A DNA stretch of 64,000 bases from Candidatus Latescibacterota bacterium (GTDB lineage Bacteria; Latescibacterota; UBA2968): NCBI GenBank assembly GCA_965204375.1, contig OZ241986.1:1504001-1568000 (forward strand), read 5' to 3'. Position numbers and translations under genes: made by a program. Of this stretch, positions 1 to 9,873 are shown piece by piece. The notes under the pieces were generated by a model. That model made no database searches. It was not told the origin of the DNA and was given only the letters and a program-made list of their open reading frames with translations. The stretch's first letter is position 1; the number at the start of each line of letters is the position of its first letter.

Positions 1-562
1 GGCGGCAGAAGAATTGTGCAAATTCCGTTGCAACAGGTCCGCCGCCCAAGACGATCATCGATTCTGGCAATTCCCGCAGTTCAAGTGCTTCATCGCTGGT
101 GATATAGCCCGCTTCTTTCAAGCCTGGAATGGCGATGTCGGATACGGTTGATCCCGTGCTGATGATGAAACTTCGCGCGGTGATATTTTGTTTTCCCACT
201 GTGATGGTATTGCGATTGACAAACTGCGCCGTGCCGTTGATGAGAGTGAATCGAGGATTGTGCAGTTGCTCAATGCGATAATCTGCAAATTCGCTGACGA
301 GTGCGCGTTTGCGGTCGTTGATTTCGTCGAGATTTGCGCGCAAATTAGAAGCGTGCAGGCCAAATTCTCTGGCGCGACGCATTAAGGACATGATCTCGGA
401 TGAGCGCAGAATGGTTTTGGTGGGCATGCAGCCGCGCAAGATGCACAGACCACCGAGAGGCCCTTTGTCGATAATGGCAACTTTTGCGCCGAGTTCTTGT
501 GCCGTGCGCGCAGCGGCGTATCCCGCACTTCCGCCGCCTATGACGATGACGTCGTAATCCAT
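1..562 (-). CDS. Pyridine nucleotide-disulfide oxidoreductase (dihydrolipoamide dehydrogenase/mercuric reductase family), 3' end outside window
   Basis: Manual translation from ATG at 562 gives MDYDVIVIGGGSAGYAAARTAQELGAKVAIIDKGPLGGLCILRGCMPTK, with a GxGxxG FAD motif and the GGxCxxxGCxPxK redox disulfide. Absent from the ORF track because it is truncated. Confidence 0.85.
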   Translation of the reverse strand, partial: MDYDVIVIGGGSAGYAAARTAQELGAKVAIIDKGPLGGLCILRGCMPTKTILRSSEIMSLMRRAREFGLHASNLRANLDEINDRKRALVSEFADYRIEQLHNPRFTLINGTAQFVNRNTITVGKQNITARSFIISTGSTVSDIAIPGLKEAGYITSDEALELRELPESMIVLGGGPVATEFAQFFCR

Positions 563-586
563 GGTGGTTTCCTTTATGCGTTAGAG

Positions 587-699
587 GTAAGAAGTAAGAC
601 GTAAGAGGGCTACCCAACACCACCCAAAAGACGGATGCTTCATCTAACATTCTATGGGGCAGGAACTTTGACGTCTTTCGTCTCACGTTTCACGTCTTA
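587..699. repeat. Inverted pair of heptamer tandem repeats
   Basis: GTAAGAA GTAAGAC GTAAGAG (587-607) and roughly complementary CGTCTTT CGTCTCA CGTTTCA CGTCTTA (672-699). Confidence 0.7.
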
Positions 700-779
700 C
701 CTTGGGGGCGGTGGGACGGGCTGACTAACTGACAACTTAAAATGTCTCTTTGATTTGAGCAAGGAATTTGGAGGTTTTT

Positions 780-1856
780 ATGCATGAACTCGTGAATGGT
801 ATTGTGCCGATAGAGGCGAGAGAGCAGGAGCGGTTGATTCAGGTTCGCGATTTGGGAGAGACGGCGCAACGGCTATATGAAGCAGTTGGTGTGCCGAGGG
901 CAGATGCGCAGTTGATGGCCGATTTGCAAGTTGAGACAGATGTACGCGGAGTTCACTCTCACGGTACACGGGCTTTGCCAAACTACTTAAAGCGCATTCA
1001 AACTGGTCATACAAATCCAAAACCCGAAATTCGCGTTGTTCGCGAAGGACCCGCGTCTGCAACGGTAGATGGCGATGGGGGTTTGGGGCATCTGGCATCT
1101 TATCGCGCGATGCAACTGGCGATTGCAAAAGCGAATGATCTGGGAATTGCGGCGACAACAGTTATAAACAGCCGCCACTACGGCGCAGCGGCCTGTTACG
1201 CGACGATGGCATTGGAATGGGATATGATCGGTTTTTGCGTATCGAGCAGCAGTCGAGGTGTGGCGCCTTATGGCGGGATAGACCGATTGATGGGCAATCA
1301 CGCGCTGGCTTATGCGATTCCGGCGGATAGGGAATATCCCATTGTCCTGGATATGGCGACGGGACGATCCGCCTGGGGGCGAGTGGGGACTATGCGTTTG
1401 TATGGACGGAAATTAGACGGCGAGTGGGTGTTAGATGAGGATGGGCAGGTGACAGACGATCCGGCACGCGCGCACGCGCTGGTAGCTCCCGGTGGCGCGA
1501 AGGGATCGGGGCTAAATGTGGTGATGGATGTTTTGAGTGGTATTCTGCCTTTTGGCCTGGCAACGGTGAATCGGGAAGATGAATATCAAGGACAGCGGCG
1601 TGCCAGTCATTTTTTTCAGGCGATCAAGATCGAGACATTTTGCGATGTGTCAGATTTCAAACGGGAAGTTGATCGGATGATTCAGACGATTCGAGCTTCT
1701 CGTCCCAAAGAAGGTGTGGATCGTATTTACGTGCCTGGTGAGATTGAGTGGTTAAAAAAGGCGGCCTGGGAAAAGACAGGGATTCCGCTGCATAAAACCC
1801 ATGTGGAAAGTCTGGAAAAAGCGGCCGAGGAATTGGGTGTAGAGGTGGCGTTTTGA
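780..1856 (+). CDS. Ldh_2 family (malate/L-lactate/ureidoglycolate-type) oxidoreductase
   Basis: RGVHSHG, VDGDGGLG, NSRHYGAA, LDMAT, GGAKGSGL and VPGE motifs. GGAGG RBS precedes ATG 780. Confidence 0.9.
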   Translation: MHELVNGIVPIEAREQERLIQVRDLGETAQRLYEAVGVPRADAQLMADLQVETDVRGVHSHGTRALPNYLKRIQTGHTNPKPEIRVVREGPASATVDGDGGLGHLASYRAMQLAIAKANDLGIAATTVINSRHYGAAACYATMALEWDMIGFCVSSSSRGVAPYGGIDRLMGNHALAYAIPADREYPIVLDMATGRSAWGRVGTMRLYGRKLDGEWVLDEDGQVTDDPARAHALVAPGGAKGSGLNVVMDVLSGILPFGLATVNREDEYQGQRRASHFFQAIKIETFCDVSDFKREVDRMIQTIRASRPKEGVDRIYVPGEIEWLKKAAWEKTGIPLHKTHVESLEKAAEELGVEVAF

Positions 1857-2938
1857 TAGAGGAAGCCCGAGATTTTCAGATGGAAGAGAATAATAAACCA
1901 CTGGTCTCAATTATTATTCCCCATTATTTGGGAGATATTCTTTCCGAGTGTCTGGCATTTGTCTATGCGCGGACATCGGATATTTCTTTTGAAGTTATTG
2001 TAGCTGATGACCAGCCTTATCCCGACGGCAGCCTGGATAGGGCATTGGAGAAGTTTCCGGATATTCGCATTGTGAAGACGGGTGGGGGACATGGGAAGCC
2101 GAGCAAGGGGATGGGTGCCGGGTGCAACCGGGGTTTGGAGGTTGCAAAGGGGACGTATGCGATGTTGTTAAATTCGGATGTGGAGGTGGGCGAAGGGTGG
2201 TTGCCGCCGCTGATTGATGCCCTGAAATCCGATTCCGAAATTGGGGCGTGTCAGTCCAGGGTGCGGTCGTTGCATAATCGCAAAATGTTCGATTATGGCG
2301 GGGCTGCAGGCGGGCTGATGGATAAGTGGGGATTTACATTCTGTCAGGGCAGGATATTTGAGTTTGTCGAAGAAGATGTGGGGCAATACAATCACTCCCG
2401 CGATATTTTTTGGGCTATTGGAGGAGCGATGTTTTTGCGTATGGATTGCCTAAAAAAAACGGGACTGATCGATGAGGGATTTATAATGCATATGGAAGAG
2501 ATTGATTTGTCATGGCGGTTTCACCTTGCGGGGTATCGCATCGTCTATGTGCCCGATTCTCTCGTATATCACTACGGCGGATTTACTCTGGGTGCAGAGA
2601 GTTATAGAAAAGCGTATTTGAATCACCGCAATCAGCTCGTGATGTTGTTGAAAAACTTTTCCCTTTCGCGGCTGTTGTATAAATTCCCGGTTCGGGTCGC
2701 TATGGAACTGGCAAATTTGGGTTTGTTGCTAAAGGGCAATTGGAAACATCCCGTTGCGGCAATAGCTGGGCTTTTATGGGTGTTGCTGCATCCGTTCAAT
2801 ATCTTGCGGCGACGGCGAGAAGCCCAGCGGTTCAGAAGCGTGGGAGATGGTGAGATTGAACGGCGTCTTTTCAAGGGGTCAGTAGTTTATCACTATTTTA
2901 TTCGCGGTGTCAAAACCGTTTGTGAGATAGGAGCGTGA
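1853..2938 (+). CDS. Glycosyltransferase family 2
   Basis: VSIIIPHY, VIVADD, LLNSD, MEEIDLSWR and VYHYGG motifs. Confidence 0.9.
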   Translation: MIEEARDFQMEENNKPLVSIIIPHYLGDILSECLAFVYARTSDISFEVIVADDQPYPDGSLDRALEKFPDIRIVKTGGGHGKPSKGMGAGCNRGLEVAKGTYAMLLNSDVEVGEGWLPPLIDALKSDSEIGACQSRVRSLHNRKMFDYGGAAGGLMDKWGFTFCQGRIFEFVEEDVGQYNHSRDIFWAIGGAMFLRMDCLKKTGLIDEGFIMHMEEIDLSWRFHLAGYRIVYVPDSLVYHYGGFTLGAESYRKAYLNHRNQLVMLLKNFSLSRLLYKFPVRVAMELANLGLLLKGNWKHPVAAIAGLLWVLLHPFNILRRRREAQRFRSVGDGEIERRLFKGSVVYHYFIRGVKTVCEIGA

Positions 2939-2939
2939 G

Positions 2940-4118
2940 GTGAAAGCAATTGGTCTCATGTCTGGAACTTCTGCCGATGGGGTGGATGCTGCGCTTGTGG
3001 AGATTGGTGAATCTGACATGTCTCTTCTCGGATATGTCGAGATTCATTTTCCCAAAGATGTCAGAAGAGAGATTTTGTCGCTTTGTGAAAATGGACGGGT
3101 CGATGCAATATGTCGCATGGATGCCGCGCTTGGGGAATGGTTTGCAGAGGCTGCACTGCGCGTATGCGAGAAGGCCAATGTCAGCGCGGGAGAAATCGAT
3201 GTGATTGGATCGCACGGGCAGACTATTCACCATTTGCCCACGCTAGCTGTTGTTGCGGATAAAAAGGTGAGATCAACGCTGCAAATTGGCAGTCCCGCGG
3301 TAATTGCAGAGCGCACGGGAATCACGACGGTATCGGATTTTCGGTCGCGGGATATGGCTGTGGGAGGACAGGGAGCACCGCTTGTTCCGCTGGTGGATTA
3401 TCTGTTGTTTCGGTCTGAATACGTGGGTCGCGCGATGCTCAATATCGGCGGCATTGCCAATGTCAATATATTGCCCGCAAACTGTGGCGTGTCAGATATT
3501 TTTGCATTTGATACGGGGCCTGGCAATATGGTCATTGATGGGGTTGTGCAGGCAATAACACGCGGCAAACAGAGTTTCGATAGGGATGGAGAACTTGCGG
3601 ACAAAGGCCAGGTATGTGAGGATCTTTTGGATGTGCTTATGGCGCATCCTTTTTTTGATATGGAGCCGCCCAAGACAACGGGACGCGAGAATTTTGGGAT
3701 AGATATAGTTCAGAAAATTCTCGATTGGGAGGAAAAACGGGAGGATCTCGTGCGTACGGCAGTGCAGTTCACGGTGGAAAGCATTGCGCATGGGCTAAAA
3801 CGATTTGTTTTGCCCAGATGTGAAATCCACGAAGTGATTGTAAGTGGGGGCGGAACCAAAAATCCGGTTATGATGGATCTTTTGGATCGGGCTCTGGGAA
3901 ATATCGCATTCAAGCGATTGGATGATCTTGGAATGGCATCAGAAGCAAAAGAAGCTATTGCATTTGCGATCCTTGCCTGTCAGACCATGAATGGGCATCC
4001 GGGCAATGTGCCGAGTGTAACTGGTGCAGATAAACAGGTGGTGTTAGGATCTATTACACCGGGTAAGAGGGACACCCGACTACCCAATCCTGAGTTGTTG
4101 GGAACACCATTGCATTGA
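2940..4118 (+). CDS. anmK: Anhydro-N-acetylmuramic acid kinase
   Basis: IGLMSGTSADGVD, GSHGQT, GGQGAPLVP, NIGGIAN, FDTGPGN and KEAIAFA motifs. Confidence 0.95.
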   Translation: MKAIGLMSGTSADGVDAALVEIGESDMSLLGYVEIHFPKDVRREILSLCENGRVDAICRMDAALGEWFAEAALRVCEKANVSAGEIDVIGSHGQTIHHLPTLAVVADKKVRSTLQIGSPAVIAERTGITTVSDFRSRDMAVGGQGAPLVPLVDYLLFRSEYVGRAMLNIGGIANVNILPANCGVSDIFAFDTGPGNMVIDGVVQAITRGKQSFDRDGELADKGQVCEDLLDVLMAHPFFDMEPPKTTGRENFGIDIVQKILDWEEKREDLVRTAVQFTVESIAHGLKRFVLPRCEIHEVIVSGGGTKNPVMMDLLDRALGNIAFKRLDDLGMASEAKEAIAFAILACQTMNGHPGNVPSVTGADKQVVLGSITPGKRDTRLPNPELLGTPLH

Positions 4119-4201
4119 TGATACTGGCGCAGTTGTACACCGTTGCGTATATTTTCTTATTACATTGCCGATTTGCGCACGGATGATTCGAGGAAAAGGC
4201 T

Positions 4202-5026
4202 ATGATTTTTGACATCTTACTCATTGCAACAGGAGGAGCATACATCGCCAGTGCGCTGGGTTATGCTTTGCATTTTCACCAGCCCAGAGCACACTGGCGT
4301 GACTTGTGTACCTGGGGAATATGGGGGGCCTGGTGTATGCACACTGTGCTTTTGGTCGTTATTACAATTTCTGTGGGTGAGGTGCCTCTGACCAGTCAGG
4401 TTTTGCCATCGCTATGTGCGTGGTTAGTCGCGGTTGTTTATATTTATCTGGAAGTGAGTACGCGAGATCGGTCTTTGGGCGTGCTGATTGTGCCTATTGT
4501 GGTGGTTTTGCACACTTTGACACTTACAAAATTACCGGGTATTGAGGATATTCAGGTCACGGGATATAGCGGTGGGTGGTTTGAACTCCACGTACTGGCT
4601 TATGGCCTTGCTTACACGGCATTTGCAATTTCCTGTGTTGGGGGTGTGATGTATCTGATGCTTCTGGGCGAAATTCAGGCCAAGCATTTAGGTTTTTTTT
4701 ATTCCCGCCTGCCTTCACTCGAAGTGTTGAATCAGATCACTAACCGAGCTGCCACTTTTGGGTTTATCTTTTTGACGGGCGGAACTATTGCCAGTTCGGT
4801 GTGGGCATTTCAACATCTTTCGCAGTTTTCTGTATGGCGCGAGCCGGTGTTTTTACCCGTTTTGGTTGCCTGGGTTATTTATGCGGGCAATCTCGCCGCG
4901 CGGTGGTGGGGTGGTTGGCAGGGCAAACGAGCGGCTTTTCTGTCTATCATGGGTTTTGTCCTCGTGATCTTGGCATTTCCCGTGGTGGGCGTTCTCTTTT
5001 CTGGTCCCCATAATTTAGGACCTTAA
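4202..5026 (+). CDS. Cytochrome c biogenesis CcsA/HemX-like membrane protein
   Basis: About 8 TM segments, conserved His (LHV), LPSLEVL and GWQGKRAA. Typical position upstream of hemA. Confidence 0.8.
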   Translation: MIFDILLIATGGAYIASALGYALHFHQPRAHWRDLCTWGIWGAWCMHTVLLVVITISVGEVPLTSQVLPSLCAWLVAVVYIYLEVSTRDRSLGVLIVPIVVVLHTLTLTKLPGIEDIQVTGYSGGWFELHVLAYGLAYTAFAISCVGGVMYLMLLGEIQAKHLGFFYSRLPSLEVLNQITNRAATFGFIFLTGGTIASSVWAFQHLSQFSVWREPVFLPVLVAWVIYAGNLAARWWGGWQGKRAAFLSIMGFVLVILAFPVVGVLFSGPHNLGP

Positions 5027-5029
5027 GCC

Positions 5030-5653
5030 ATGCGCTATCCCATATTTTTGAAATTGGAAGATCAGTTGTGTGTTGTGGTTGGGGCGGGTCGCGTTGCCGA
5101 ACGCAGAGTGCGCGGGCTGTGCGATGCAAAGGCGCGGGTTCGAGTTGTGGGTATAACCGCGACCAAGGGCATTCTGAAATTGGCCGATGAAGGCGCGATC
5201 CATCTCGATCAGCGGGCATTTGAGCCGAGTGATTTGAACGGTAGCGCGATCGTGATTGCCGCGACTGATCACGTAGATGTCAATCGGGCAGTGCAGGCGG
5301 CGGCGAAATGCCGGGGGATTTTGTTTTGCGGTGCGGATCGACATACAGATAGCGATTTTATTGTGCCTGCGGTTGTGCGGCGTGGCGACTTACAGGTGGC
5401 GATTTCCACCGGGGGCAATAGTCCTGCTTACGCCAGGCTGTTGCGTCGAGAAATTGAGGCTTTTTGGGATGATGGGCAGTTACTGGATTTGATGGCGGAT
5501 TTAAGGCGTAGAGTTTATGCGCGATTTCCCAACGCGCCAGAACGCAGGCAAGCGTTCTGGCGACAGTTGGTGACAGATGATACGCTTGCTCTGGCGCGCA
5601 AGGGCAAGTGGGCTGAAATTGAGGAGAGGATTGAAGTATGTCTCTCGTCGTAA
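5030..5653 (+). CDS. Precorrin-2 dehydrogenase/sirohydrochlorin ferrochelatase (SirC/Met8/CysG-N)
   Basis: YPIFLKL, VVGAGRVA, AATD, DFIVPAVVRRGDL and ISTGGNSP motifs. Confidence 0.9.
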   Translation: MRYPIFLKLEDQLCVVVGAGRVAERRVRGLCDAKARVRVVGITATKGILKLADEGAIHLDQRAFEPSDLNGSAIVIAATDHVDVNRAVQAAAKCRGILFCGADRHTDSDFIVPAVVRRGDLQVAISTGGNSPAYARLLRREIEAFWDDGQLLDLMADLRRRVYARFPNAPERRQAFWRQLVTDDTLALARKGKWAEIEERIEVCLSS

Positions 5654-6930
5654 TCGGACTGAGTTATCGCACGGCACCTGTTGAAATTCGAGATGGAGTC
5701 GCGGTATTACCCCAGGCTCTGGATGCGGTTCTGCAATACTTTTCCAGCGTGCCTGAAATCGTCGAATGCGCGGTTTTATCGACGTGTAATCGTTCAGAAG
5801 TCTATTGTGTTGCGACGGATATTCACGCTGCTCGCGCGGCTGTGATCGCGGGATGGAGCGAGCAAAGTGGATTGGATGCCGACGCATTGGGACAGCATAC
5901 GGTTGTCTATCGCGATGCAGAAGCCGTGCGCCACCTTTTCAGGGTCGCCTGTGGGTTGGATTCTATGGTAATGGGTGAGCCGCAAATTGCAGGTCAGGTA
6001 AAAGAGGCCGGGGCTGCTGCACTATCTATGGGAACGAGCAAAACCGTGCTGAATCGCTTATTTCGCACTGCGACTGAGGTTTCAAAGCGGGCGCGCACGG
6101 AAACTGAGATTGCAACGGGTGCCGTTTCCGTCAGTTTTGCAGCGGTGGAACTCGCAAAGAAAATTTTTGGCAATCTCGAAGGGCATACAGCTCTGGTGCT
6201 TGGTGCTGGCGAGATGAGTGAATTGACAGCGCGGCACCTCGCCGACAATGGGGTGAAGTCTTTGCTGGTGACGAGTCGCACCTTTGAGCGAGCACAAAAT
6301 TTGGCAATGCGCGTAGGAGGTCGCGCCATTTCCTGGGACGAAGGGATAGGAAATTTGCACGGGACAGATGTTGTTATCAGTTCTACGAGCGCGGAAACTT
6401 ATGTTCTGGAACGCCACCATGTAGCAGCGGCGATGCAAAAGCGCAATAATCGCTCGATGTTTTTGATTGATATTGCCATGCCGCGCGATATTGATCCAGT
6501 AGTTGGTGATCTGTATAATGTGTTTTTGTATGATCTCGACGATCTGGAGTCCGTTGTTGGTGCGAATTTGGAGAAGCGGAAAATTGAGGCGGATAAAGTC
6601 AGTGCAATTATAGAAGAAGAGGTGGAGAATTTTTCTGCGTGGATAAATTCCCTATCGGTTGTTCCCGCTATTGTAGCTCTACGTGGGCATTTTCAATCTT
6701 TTATGGATTCGGAACTCGCGCAGGCCAGGCTCAGTGAATTTTCAGATGAGCAACGCGCTCAGGTTACCAATTTGATGCGCCGATTTATGAATAAGGTGCT
6801 GCACAAACCGGTGACGCGCCTTAGAGAGGCTGGCGAGGAGGAAGATGGTGGGGCTTATGTGGCAGCACTTTCATACTTGTTTGATCTGGTGGTTGAGGAC
6901 ATAGAGATTGAAAAGGTGCGCAATTCATGA
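5638..6930 (+). CDS. hemA: Glutamyl-tRNA reductase
   Basis: LSTCNRSE, GLDSMVMGEPQI, VLGAGEM and DIAMPRDI motifs. Confidence 0.97.
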   Translation: MSLVVIGLSYRTAPVEIRDGVAVLPQALDAVLQYFSSVPEIVECAVLSTCNRSEVYCVATDIHAARAAVIAGWSEQSGLDADALGQHTVVYRDAEAVRHLFRVACGLDSMVMGEPQIAGQVKEAGAAALSMGTSKTVLNRLFRTATEVSKRARTETEIATGAVSVSFAAVELAKKIFGNLEGHTALVLGAGEMSELTARHLADNGVKSLLVTSRTFERAQNLAMRVGGRAISWDEGIGNLHGTDVVISSTSAETYVLERHHVAAAMQKRNNRSMFLIDIAMPRDIDPVVGDLYNVFLYDLDDLESVVGANLEKRKIEADKVSAIIEEEVENFSAWINSLSVVPAIVALRGHFQSFMDSELAQARLSEFSDEQRAQVTNLMRRFMNKVLHKPVTRLREAGEEEDGGAYVAALSYLFDLVVEDIEIEKVRNS

Positions 6931-7853
6931 AGGTGGTTATTGGCAGTCGGGGAAGTGCGCTGGCTTTGTGGCAGGCCAATTGGGCAAAGAGAAAACTGGC
7001 GAGCGCATATCCCGATCTCAGTATTGAAATTGAGGTGATCAAAACAGAGGGAGACCGCCTGTCGGAAACGCCTGTGTCTCAAATTGGTGGCAAAGAGGTG
7101 TGGACAAAGGAGATCGAGCACGCGCTGCTGTCGGGCAGTATTGATCTGGCGGTTCACAGTTTGAAAGATTTGCCGACCAGGTTGCCAGAGGGATTGGTTT
7201 TGGGCGCGGTAAGTGCGCGCGAAGATGTGCGCGATGTGCTGGTCAGCAAAAATGATCGGGTGTTTTGGGATTTGCCAGAAGGCGCGACGGTTGCAACGGG
7301 CAGTTTGCGGCGACAAGCACAGTTGAAACACGTGCGACCGGATTTGAATTTTGTGGCGATTCGGGGAAATGTGGATACGCGCGTCAAAAAGCTCGAAACG
7401 GAAAATTTGGATGGCATTATTCTGGCAGCAGCGGGTTTGAAGCGGTTGGGATTGGGAGATCGCATTGCGGATTTTATTGACCCGGATATCTGTTTGCCTG
7501 CGCCCGGGCAGGCCGCGCTGGGGATAGAAATACGAGAAGGGGATGAGCGGATTACAGATCTCGTCGGCGTTTTGAATTGCGCTGAAACGCAGCAAGCCGT
7601 TACGGCAGAGCGCGCGATGCTGGCGGCATTGGGGGGGAGCTGTCGCGTTCCAATAGGTGGACACGCGGCCGTTGACAAGGCTGAAGTTTTGATACTATCG
7701 GGCATCGTTGCAACACCAGATGGACGTCAGGTGATATCGGAGAAGGCAGAAGGACAGGCATCATCTGCCGAGCAGTTGGGCGTGCGCGTTGCAAAGGGAT
7801 TGCTTGAGCAGGGAGCGGGGGATATCCTGGATCAGGATGGGAGGGTGCGGTGA
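6927..7853 (+). CDS. hemC: Hydroxymethylbilane synthase
   Basis: GSRGSALALWQA, AVHSLKD, IRGNVDTR and GGSCRVPIG motifs. Confidence 0.97.
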   Translation: MKVVIGSRGSALALWQANWAKRKLASAYPDLSIEIEVIKTEGDRLSETPVSQIGGKEVWTKEIEHALLSGSIDLAVHSLKDLPTRLPEGLVLGAVSAREDVRDVLVSKNDRVFWDLPEGATVATGSLRRQAQLKHVRPDLNFVAIRGNVDTRVKKLETENLDGIILAAAGLKRLGLGDRIADFIDPDICLPAPGQAALGIEIREGDERITDLVGVLNCAETQQAVTAERAMLAALGGSCRVPIGGHAAVDKAEVLILSGIVATPDGRQVISEKAEGQASSAEQLGVRVAKGLLEQGAGDILDQDGRVR

Positions 7854-8283
7854 GCGAAAAGGAAAATATTTTTTAATTTACGATCTGCTGGATGCCGCGG
7901 AAAGTGATGTTGCGCACACGCTACGCTGGACGCTGCGTTGCCCGAACGAGTTGCGCGAGATAGAAAATCGCACAGTTGTAAGTGCCGGTGATCCGGGTAT
8001 CAGGCTGGCACCCGCGTGGTCGGCCGCGATTCGCGATGTGGAAATCGGTTGGGGACCAGGCATGGTCCCGTTGCCCTATCAGGCAGATATGTCGGCGCAA
8101 AAGGCGCAAGTCTGCCATGTCCGGTTCGTACAGGAGATTGATGCCAGTACGCAGGCGCGATTTCTGGTGTTGATGATCTCAGGGGAATGTCAAGACGGAG
8201 CGGTTCAAGGCGAGGTTGTTGACGGTAGAATTGAGGCCAGCGTCACGGCGTGGGGAGAAACAGAGCGCATTGTTTTGAGCTGA
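7837..8283 (+). CDS. Hypothetical protein, beta-rich (weak resemblance to heparinase II/III C-terminal region)
   Basis: Fills the hemC-cobA gap. ATG 7837 overlaps the hemC end. Contains YFLIYDLL...HTLRWTLR. Confidence 0.5.
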   Translation: MGGCGERKGKYFLIYDLLDAAESDVAHTLRWTLRCPNELREIENRTVVSAGDPGIRLAPAWSAAIRDVEIGWGPGMVPLPYQADMSAQKAQVCHVRFVQEIDASTQARFLVLMISGECQDGAVQGEVVDGRIEASVTAWGETERIVLS

Positions 8284-8292
8284 GAGCTATTC

Positions 8293-9789
8293 ATGCAAAC
8301 TGGATGTGTATATCTCATAGGTGCCGGGCCGGGCGATCCGGAATTGATAACTGTGAAGGGTCTGCGCCTGATTCGGGAAGCCGATGTGATCTTGTATGAC
8401 GGGTTAGCGAATCCCGAATTTTTGAAGGAAGCGCGATGGGAATGCGAGTGTATCAATGTGGAAAAGCGCCCGGGTTTTCAGCGTGTGCAGCAAGATGAGA
8501 TTAACCAGATGATGGTCGATTTCGCCCGAAAAGGGTTGATGGTGGTGCGATTAAAAGGGGGCGATCCCATTGTTTTTGGGCGCGGTGGAGAGGAAGCTGA
8601 AGTACTTAGAAAACACAATATTTCTTTTGAGATTGTGCCGGGTATTACCAGTGCAATAGCAGCACCCGCTTATGCGGGTATTCCCGTAACCCATCGCGGT
8701 ATATCTCCCCAGGTGACGATTGTAACGGGGACAACGGCTTCACTTGAAGGAGAAGGAGAAGTTGATTGGGAGGGGTTGGCAAAAGTGGGCGGTACGCTCC
8801 TGATTTTGATGGGTACGAAAAAACGAAGTGAAATTGCCCGACGCCTCATCGCAGGGGGGCGCCCGCCTGAAACGCCCGTTGCAGCCGTACAGTGGGGGTC
8901 TTTGCCATTACAACGGACTGTGAGGACGACGTTGGGGGAGATGGGCGCTGTCGAGATGACCAATCCCGCGGTCATTGTCGTTGGAAAGGTCGCGGCAATG
9001 GATCTGGATTGGTTTGCGTCTAAGCCCTTGTTCGGAAAAACGATTGCTGTGACGCGGGCGCGCACACAGGCGAGTGAATTGGTACAACAGCTACGAGAGT
9101 TGGGCGCGCAAGTGCTGGAAGTGCCCACTATTGCATTTGCCGAACCCCAAAATTGGCGCGATGTGGATTGTGCCATTGCAGATATTCATGCATTTGATTG
9201 GCTTGTTCTGACGAGTACAAACGGAACCGATCACTTTTTTGAGCGTCTGTTTAAACAAGACCGCGATGTACGCGCATTGGGTGAGGTAAAAATTGCGACT
9301 ATTGGCGCGGCGACATCGGCACGGGTGCGCGAGTGGCGTCTCAATGTAGATCTCGAAGCGGTGAATCGCACGTCAGAAGGTTTGCTCGCGGCTTTTGGCG
9401 CAGATCTTTCGGGACAGCGCTTTTTGTTGCCTCGCCCTGAAGAATCTCGGGATGTACTCGCCAACGGGCTTCGAGAGCACGGTGCTGAAGTTTGTGAAGT
9501 TGTTGTTTACAAAACGGTTATGCCCAAGTACTTGCCAAAAAATTTTTTGCAGTTGGTAGAAAAAGAGACTATTGATCTTATCGCGTTTACGAGTTCTTCT
9601 ACGGTCTTAAATCTGGTGAATTTGCTGAAGAAGACGCGGCAAAATTGGGGATCCTTGCCAGCGGCGTGTATCGGTCCTATCACAGCCCAAACCGCAGTTG
9701 CACAGGGATTTGATGTGGTTGTGGAACTTGACGAAACATCGGTATCTATTTCTGGTCTTGTACAAGCAATTGTGACATATTTTAGATAA
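8293..9789 (+). CDS. cobA: Uroporphyrinogen-III C-methyltransferase / uroporphyrinogen-III synthase fusion (CobA-HemD)
   Basis: GAGPGDPELIT, RLKGGDP and GIPVTHRG, followed by a HemD part (PLFGKTIAVTR, FTSSSTV, CIGPITA). Confidence 0.95.
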   Translation: MQTGCVYLIGAGPGDPELITVKGLRLIREADVILYDGLANPEFLKEARWECECINVEKRPGFQRVQQDEINQMMVDFARKGLMVVRLKGGDPIVFGRGGEEAEVLRKHNISFEIVPGITSAIAAPAYAGIPVTHRGISPQVTIVTGTTASLEGEGEVDWEGLAKVGGTLLILMGTKKRSEIARRLIAGGRPPETPVAAVQWGSLPLQRTVRTTLGEMGAVEMTNPAVIVVGKVAAMDLDWFASKPLFGKTIAVTRARTQASELVQQLRELGAQVLEVPTIAFAEPQNWRDVDCAIADIHAFDWLVLTSTNGTDHFFERLFKQDRDVRALGEVKIATIGAATSARVREWRLNVDLEAVNRTSEGLLAAFGADLSGQRFLLPRPEESRDVLANGLREHGAEVCEVVVYKTVMPKYLPKNFLQLVEKETIDLIAFTSSSTVLNLVNLLKKTRQNWGSLPAACIGPITAQTAVAQGFDVVVELDETSVSISGLVQAIVTYFR

Positions 9790-9873
9790 AAAATGCGGTT
9801 GACATACCTGCTGGTAAGTAGTAAATTTATATAGATGAAGTGCAAACACTTTCATACAACAGGAGGAAGCGTC

